A stretch of DNA of 64,000 nt from Candidatus Altiarchaeota archaeon. Its GTDB lineage: Archaea > SpSt-1190. Below the pieces are notes generated by a model. That model saw only the letters and a program-made list of their open reading frames with translations. It did not search any database and was not told where the DNA came from. The stretch lies in NCBI GenBank assembly GCA_018220935.1, contig JAAOXU010000015.1:2255-66254 (forward strand). The letters run 5' to 3'. Both the position numbers and the translations under genes were made by a program. This document shows positions 58,594 to 64,000 of the stretch, one piece after another (the first letter of the stretch is position 1; every line of letters starts with the position of its first letter).

Positions 58594-60051
58594 ATGCTCC
58601 CTATATCGACAGACATGCCAGGAAAAAACCGAATTTGTCCCACTTGTGCGTGTGAAGTGAGTTCAGATATTTGTGTAAAAGATAAGGTTAAGACTTTTTT
58701 TGTTGACAGTGTTGCTGGTAAATTTGTTAAACTTCGAGCCGAATATGGATCTCCTGGTACTTCTGAGTTGCTCAAATCATCTAAGTTTGGTTATGATTTA
58801 CGAACTAATATGGATGGTATAACTGATAAGCGTGCATTTGATTTAGACATTCAAACGTACATTAGGGCTTTGAGTGAAGTTGTTAAACCTAAAGTTTTAG
58901 TGTTTTCAAAAGACCATAGAGATAGTGGGGATTTACTACAGGCTGCATTTGAGACTTTTGCAAAAGAATCAGGTCTTGAATACGGAGTAGTATATGGACA
59001 TATTCCAACTACACCATCCTTTTTTGTGGCAGCGTCAATTGCGTATCAAACTAAAAAGTCAGTTCTTTCTTTACAAGCAACTGCATCTCATAATCCCCCT
59101 AACTACAACGGTATAAAGGCAATGGGGGGTAGTTATACACATAATATTTATCCAAAACATGTAGAATTTTCAAGTCAAATGAAAAGTGAAGATGTAATTG
59201 ACGCTTATCTTGATTGGTGTACTCGATTTAAACCATATGAAAAAGAAATAACGTTTGATATGAATAATGGTGCTGGGGCAACTATAATTCCAAAGATTGC
59301 AAGTAAACTATATCCAAAGGCTAGTCTCTTTAATGATAAACTCTTAGCTGATTTTGGTGGTAAAACTCCTGAGCCTGGTTGGTTTGTGGGTTGGACTGGT
59401 TTGGGTGTTGCGTATGATGGGGATGCTGACCGAGCACCATTCTACAATGATTCTAAGATGATTTTTTTCTCACAATTTTTGGCAGGTATGATAAAAGAAG
59501 ACTTAGTTGGTGAGAGAAAAGTTATTGCCGACCAACGGACTCCGCCAAGTTTAATTGATTATTTGACTGATCAAGGTGTAAAAATTAGTGTTGGTGATAT
59601 TGGTAGAACAAATCAAGCTGAAATTTCTAAGAAAAATAACGCATTTTGGTATGAAGAAAACTGGCATACTGGGGGTTATCCAGTGGGTAAAACGCGATTT
59701 TTCTGGGATGATGCTATTTATGCAACTTGTTTTTGGCTTGATAAATTGAATGTTCCAATTGAGAAATTACTTGAAGGTGTGCCAACTTTTGAATATACTG
59801 AAGAAAAATTCATTGTTGGTGCTGGCTTTAACTTAAATATTTTAAATACACTTGACTCAAAAGCTATCGACTATGTGAAATTACCTAGTGGTGGTGTTAG
59901 AGTTGAAGACAGTAAAGGTCATATATTGCTTCGTGAAAGTAATACTGAAATTGGAACTGTAAAATTACTCGCGACTGGTGTTGATAAGGATGCTTTAAAG
60001 ACTAAGTTAGAGTTTGGCAGGGAACTTATCACTTCCATAAAGGGGAAGTGA
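58594..60051 (+). CDS. Phosphohexomutase (PGM/PMM family) with Cys-rich N-terminal extension
   Basis: TASHNPPNYNGIK, PEP, YDGDADR, EENWH, RESNTE. Confidence 0.85.
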   Translation: MLPISTDMPGKNRICPTCACEVSSDICVKDKVKTFFVDSVAGKFVKLRAEYGSPGTSELLKSSKFGYDLRTNMDGITDKRAFDLDIQTYIRALSEVVKPKVLVFSKDHRDSGDLLQAAFETFAKESGLEYGVVYGHIPTTPSFFVAASIAYQTKKSVLSLQATASHNPPNYNGIKAMGGSYTHNIYPKHVEFSSQMKSEDVIDAYLDWCTRFKPYEKEITFDMNNGAGATIIPKIASKLYPKASLFNDKLLADFGGKTPEPGWFVGWTGLGVAYDGDADRAPFYNDSKMIFFSQFLAGMIKEDLVGERKVIADQRTPPSLIDYLTDQGVKISVGDIGRTNQAEISKKNNAFWYEENWHTGGYPVGKTRFFWDDAIYATCFWLDKLNVPIEKLLEGVPTFEYTEEKFIVGAGFNLNILNTLDSKAIDYVKLPSGGVRVEDSKGHILLRESNTEIGTVKLLATGVDKDALKTKLEFGRELITSIKGK

Positions 60052-61071
60052 ATTAACAATTTTTTCCATTCGTTTTTCGTCAAATACGCGAATAGCATCA
60101 AGTCCTGAAAATGAATCCCCTAAACCTGTGGTTATAGCAACAAAAGGTAAGCTTCTAGTTGGGACTACTCCGTTGGGTGAGCGCTTTAGGGGGAGTGTTA
60201 TGACTTGCTTATAATACCTTAAATCACCCATGGTCCAAGCCTCAATAATATCAATTAAAGGTCTCAGCAATTTTTTATTGGTTGATGTCACGTAGTCGAT
60301 GGTGTGAATTGTAACTCCGCACCCTAGTTCGTCCTTTATTTCTTTGGCATCAGTGCTCTTAGCATTAAACAAAATTTTTGCTTCCCTTTCATTCATACCA
60401 ATGTGATGTAGTTTTTTTTCTTCAATTAGTTTATCAATGGCGTAAGCCATATTTTCGTTGGGTTCTCCAACTTCTAGATACACTTTCATATTTTTCTGTA
60501 TCTTACTAATAACTTCATCAATTTTTTCTTTTTCTTTAATCAAGTGAAAACCTGAGAGTAATAATATTCCGTCTTTCATCTTAGACCAAAAAGATTTATC
60601 GATGTGACCTTCTGTTGTCATATCATCCCAACTTAAGATTGTTCTCTTGAATTGAGAGAGTGGTGGAAACAATTCTAGTGAAATATGTTCATAAATTGGA
60701 TCATCTCTTATGGCAGACTTAGAAGTTTTTTCTCTTACACCATGAAAACTTACGGGGAGATCATCAAAATATTTCATTAACTCTTTTGGTCTGTAAGGTG
60801 CTGAAAGGTGACAAGATATGCCTAATTTTCCCAAAAAATATGCAGCATTTCCTGCATTTCCACCAACCCGCGTTTCGCTTACATTTATGAATTTTTTTAG
60901 TGTGTTAAACGTGGTTTTTGTGACAAAATACTCTTTTCCGTGCTCCTTTATTCCCATACCCTTCAATTTCAGTAAAATATCCAAAGTTGCCCTAGAAACG
61001 GAGTCTAAATGTGTAAAAAGTCCAATCCAAAGAGGTTTTTGGCCGATGGAGCCCATTAAAGGGATTTTCAT
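60007..61071 (-). CDS. ADP-dependent glucokinase/phosphofructokinase (short, divergent)
   Basis: RVGGNAG, LLSGFH, GMNERE, IHT, TTGLGDSFS. Confidence 0.8.
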   Translation of the reverse strand: MKIPLMGSIGQKPLWIGLFTHLDSVSRATLDILLKLKGMGIKEHGKEYFVTKTTFNTLKKFINVSETRVGGNAGNAAYFLGKLGISCHLSAPYRPKELMKYFDDLPVSFHGVREKTSKSAIRDDPIYEHISLELFPPLSQFKRTILSWDDMTTEGHIDKSFWSKMKDGILLLSGFHLIKEKEKIDEVISKIQKNMKVYLEVGEPNENMAYAIDKLIEEKKLHHIGMNEREAKILFNAKSTDAKEIKDELGCGVTIHTIDYVTSTNKKLLRPLIDIIEAWTMGDLRYYKQVITLPLKRSPNGVVPTRSLPFVAITTGLGDSFSGLDAIRVFDEKRMEKIVNSLPLYGSDKFPAKL

Positions 61072-61119
61072 TATAAAGATGTATCATAACCTTATATTTT
61101 ATTTTGATGTCATTTTATT

Positions 61120-62067
61120 GTGAATGAGTTACGTAAGCACTACTTTTTAGATCGGTGGGTTATTGTTTCTAAAGATAGGGCTAGTAGGCCTCATAATTTA
61201 GAGGTTAGAGAAGTCAATATAAGACAAAAAACTTGTCCACTTGATAGGGAAACCCTTGATATGCCTATAGTTGACAAAATTGGGGAACCTTGGACTGTTG
61301 CTTCAATACTAAATAAATATCCCGCTCTAACTACTGATGTTCCACTTGATGTCGAAGATGGATTTTTTGAAACTAAAGGTGCATATGGGAGTCACGAAGT
61401 TATAATTGATCACTATCTGCACAAAAATTTAGAGGATTTTTCTGATGAACATATAACTAATTTAATTGAAATTTATGCGAGAAGGACTAAGTATCATATG
61501 GGTAATGATAAGATTCAATATGTTAGTGTTTTTAGAAATAGTGGTGCTGATGCGGGGGCTAGTATTGCTCATCCACATTCTCAACTAGTTGCACTCCCTG
61601 TTGTCCCGCGTCAAATTTATAGGGAGCGCGGTAAACTTGACGAGTATTTTAAGATGCATGGTGAGAATGCCTTTGACACTATATACAGAGAAGAAAAGAA
61701 TGGGCCGCGTATGTTATTTGAGACTCTTAACTTTTTTGTTATTGCACCTTTTGCTTCTATTTTTCAAGGGGAAACTTGGATTATTTCTAAACAAAATGTT
61801 AGGACGCTTTTTGAACTGAGTAAGGAACAAAAACAAGACCTTGCTCTTACCTTAAAAAAAACAATTAAAGGAATCCAAAAAGTATTTCCAGGGGTCTCGT
61901 ATAATTTTGCAGTTCATCAAGCACCAAGGGGGAGAGACTTCCGGTTACATCTTGAAATTATGCCAAGACTAAACAAATTTGCGGGTTTTGAACTTAGTAA
62001 TGATATGTACATGAATACCCTCCCTCCCGAAAATTATGCACAAGAGTTTAGGGAGGCAATTAAGTGA
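61120..62067 (+). CDS. galT: GalT-family hexose-1-phosphate nucleotidylyltransferase
   Basis: ELR...WVIVS..RASRP, NKYPAL, GSHEVII, GASIAHPHSQ, AGFEL. Confidence 0.88.
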   Translation: MNELRKHYFLDRWVIVSKDRASRPHNLEVREVNIRQKTCPLDRETLDMPIVDKIGEPWTVASILNKYPALTTDVPLDVEDGFFETKGAYGSHEVIIDHYLHKNLEDFSDEHITNLIEIYARRTKYHMGNDKIQYVSVFRNSGADAGASIAHPHSQLVALPVVPRQIYRERGKLDEYFKMHGENAFDTIYREEKNGPRMLFETLNFFVIAPFASIFQGETWIISKQNVRTLFELSKEQKQDLALTLKKTIKGIQKVFPGVSYNFAVHQAPRGRDFRLHLEIMPRLNKFAGFELSNDMYMNTLPPENYAQEFREAIK

Positions 62068-63752
62068 CGACACTTTTTGAAGTTAGTTTTGAATGTGGTA
62101 ATAAGGTTGGGGGTATTTGGACTGTTATTACTTCTAAATCCGCCTTTATACAAAAAAACTTCCCAAATTATTACACAATTGGCTTTTACAATCCTGACAA
62201 TACTGAAGTTATTGAAAAACCGGCTCCACCCTTCTTAAAAAAGGCATTCTCGACGCTTTCAAAAAAAGGTATCACGTGTAAATTTGGTAGTTGGATCTAT
62301 GCAAATGATTCAAATATTATTCTAGTTGATGCGAAAAAATTTCAAAAAGAAGTGAATGCGATTAAGGGTTTATTATGGGAAAAATTTGGTATTGATTCAC
62401 TCGATGCGGGATTTGATTTTGATGAACCTCTTGCGTGGAGTTATGCAATTGGAATGTTAATCGAAGAGATTACAAAAAATAATCCAGGAAAAAATATTGT
62501 ACAACTTCATGAGTGGCTAACTGGGGGTGCACTTTTATACCTAAAACTTAAAAATATTAATGCACATACTGTTTTTACAACCCATGCAACAGTTTTAGGT
62601 AGGGCAACTGGTGGTAACATTCCAAAAAAACCAGATGAAGAAGCTAGAAAAAGAAACGTTACTGCAAAGCACTTACTTGAAAAAGCCGCCGCACGCAATG
62701 CTGACGTATTTACAACAGTTAGTGATGCAACTGGTGTAGAAGCTGAAAAAATTTTGGGACGAAAACCTGATATTATAACATATAATGCCATGGGGAAAGT
62801 TAGTGACCTTGCAAGCCTAATGAAAGATAAAGTCATGTACAGAAAGAAAATTGATGAGTTTGTTCGTGCATATTTCTTTCCATACTACCCCCTTAATCTA
62901 AAAGACTATCCTGTAATTTATACTGCTGGGAGATATGAATTTCTTAACAAGGGTTATGACGCATACATTGATTCACTCGGATTAGTGAATAAAAAACTAA
63001 AAGAAATCAATTACAAGGGTTGGGTCTTGGCGTTTATTTTAGTCCCTGCTGGTACACTTGGTGTCAAAGAAGAAGTTAGTCAAAACTTTTCATTTTACAA
63101 ACGAATGAAAGAAGTTCTAAAAGAAGATGTTGAAAAAATTAGTGAAGAAGTTTATTCACTGCAATCTGAAGATGATGTTGCAAGTCACTTGAGTGAAATT
63201 TTAGTTGATTTAAAGAAGCTAAAATCGCGAATAGCTACTAGACAAGGTAAAAACCCCCCAATTTGCGCTTTTCAGCTCTCTTCTGGTGAAAATAATGATG
63301 AGATTATAAAAAGATTAATCCAAAATGATTTATTGAATCGTCCTGAAGACAAAGTCAAGGTAGTGTACTTTCCCACATATATCAATAAACAAGATGATTT
63401 ACTAGGTCTCAAATATAAGGACTTTTTAATTGCTGCTAGTATGGGTGTATTCTTGAGTCGATATGAACCTTGGGGGTATACTCCAATGGAGGCGGCTTCA
63501 TACTTAAGTTCATCAATTACAACTAAAACTGCCGGGTTTGGTATGGCACTCTCAAAATTAAATCAACTAAGGGGTATATACTTGACTGATGCAAATTCTC
63601 CAAAAGAAACGTCTCAAATAATTTCTGATTTTATTTTACTTAGTAAAAATGAACGATTGGATCTAGAAGTTGATGCACATAAAGTAATTTTAAAAAATTT
63701 TATTTGGGATACTTTAGGTACTCGATATCTTAAAGCATATTCTAAACTTTAA
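62064..63752 (+). CDS. Glycogen synthase, GT3 family
   Basis: LFEVSFECGNKVGGI, HEW, FTTHATVLGR, GRYEFLNKG, YEPWGYTPME. Confidence 0.9.
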   Translation: MTTLFEVSFECGNKVGGIWTVITSKSAFIQKNFPNYYTIGFYNPDNTEVIEKPAPPFLKKAFSTLSKKGITCKFGSWIYANDSNIILVDAKKFQKEVNAIKGLLWEKFGIDSLDAGFDFDEPLAWSYAIGMLIEEITKNNPGKNIVQLHEWLTGGALLYLKLKNINAHTVFTTHATVLGRATGGNIPKKPDEEARKRNVTAKHLLEKAAARNADVFTTVSDATGVEAEKILGRKPDIITYNAMGKVSDLASLMKDKVMYRKKIDEFVRAYFFPYYPLNLKDYPVIYTAGRYEFLNKGYDAYIDSLGLVNKKLKEINYKGWVLAFILVPAGTLGVKEEVSQNFSFYKRMKEVLKEDVEKISEEVYSLQSEDDVASHLSEILVDLKKLKSRIATRQGKNPPICAFQLSSGENNDEIIKRLIQNDLLNRPEDKVKVVYFPTYINKQDDLLGLKYKDFLIAASMGVFLSRYEPWGYTPMEAASYLSSSITTKTAGFGMALSKLNQLRGIYLTDANSPKETSQIISDFILLSKNERLDLEVDAHKVILKNFIWDTLGTRYLKAYSKL

Positions 63753-64000
63753 CTATGCTTTAGTTAGTTTATCATTGACTAAAGATTTTAAGTCTTGTAA
63801 AATGTTCATGAAATTGGTAAATGCGTCATATGGTCCTTGATACGCTTCAGCTCTAAAATAACTATGAACCTCTTCATCTCCTGCAAATTTGGTACTCATA
63901 TAATACAAATGATCACTGGTTGAAAGTTTTCTCCACGTTTCAATTAAAGACAAATCTTTTGTAGCTTTTACTGGGAGTTCAAGTTCGCGTAAGAAATTAA
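63753..64000 (-). CDS. GH57 alpha-amylase-like glycoside hydrolase, C-terminal part (truncated by window)
   Basis: Frame open to window end; WRKLSTSDHLYYMSTK...VHSYF...PYDAF.NFM. Confidence 0.85.
   Translation of the reverse strand, partial: NFLRELELPVKATKDLSLIETWRKLSTSDHLYYMSTKFAGDEEVHSYFRAEAYQGPYDAFTNFMNILQDLKSLVNDKLTKA

Overview
A gene-dense, AT-rich 64-kb chromosomal segment of an archaeon with a streamlined genome, most consistent with a DPANN lineage (inference from shortened proteins, tight packing and gene content). Archaeal markers include Rpo5, L15e, aRF1, Top6A, Nop5/fibrillarin, aTrm56, Taw1, LonB and SepF. The window holds about 70 CDS: five aminoacyl-tRNA synthetases, tRNA/rRNA modification enzymes, a 2-oxoacid:ferredoxin oxidoreductase, a glycogen cluster, lipid/isoprenoid enzymes and an orphan-rich block around tRNA-Gly. 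It also holds a stand-alone 5S rRNA, tRNA-Gly(TCC), a C/D box sRNA and two small ORFs absent from the ORF track. No transposase, integrase or CRISPR array was seen. Main observations: (1) RNA polymerase subunit Rpo5 carries an N-terminal SAP-like domain; (2) a three-gene operon of degenerate ATP-grasp, RimK-like ligase and N-formylglutamate-amidohydrolase-fold hydrolase; (3) apparently leaderless genes about 21 nt after a TATA box, roughly half starting with GTG, and divergent pairs repeatedly exactly 48 nt apart around one TATA box; (4) an 18/19-nt promoter motif shared by the DEAD-box helicase and a CxxC-x17-CxxC protein; (5) a recurring GC-rich palindrome with a 3-nt spacer. All functional calls come from motif recognition by eye; no database search was run.
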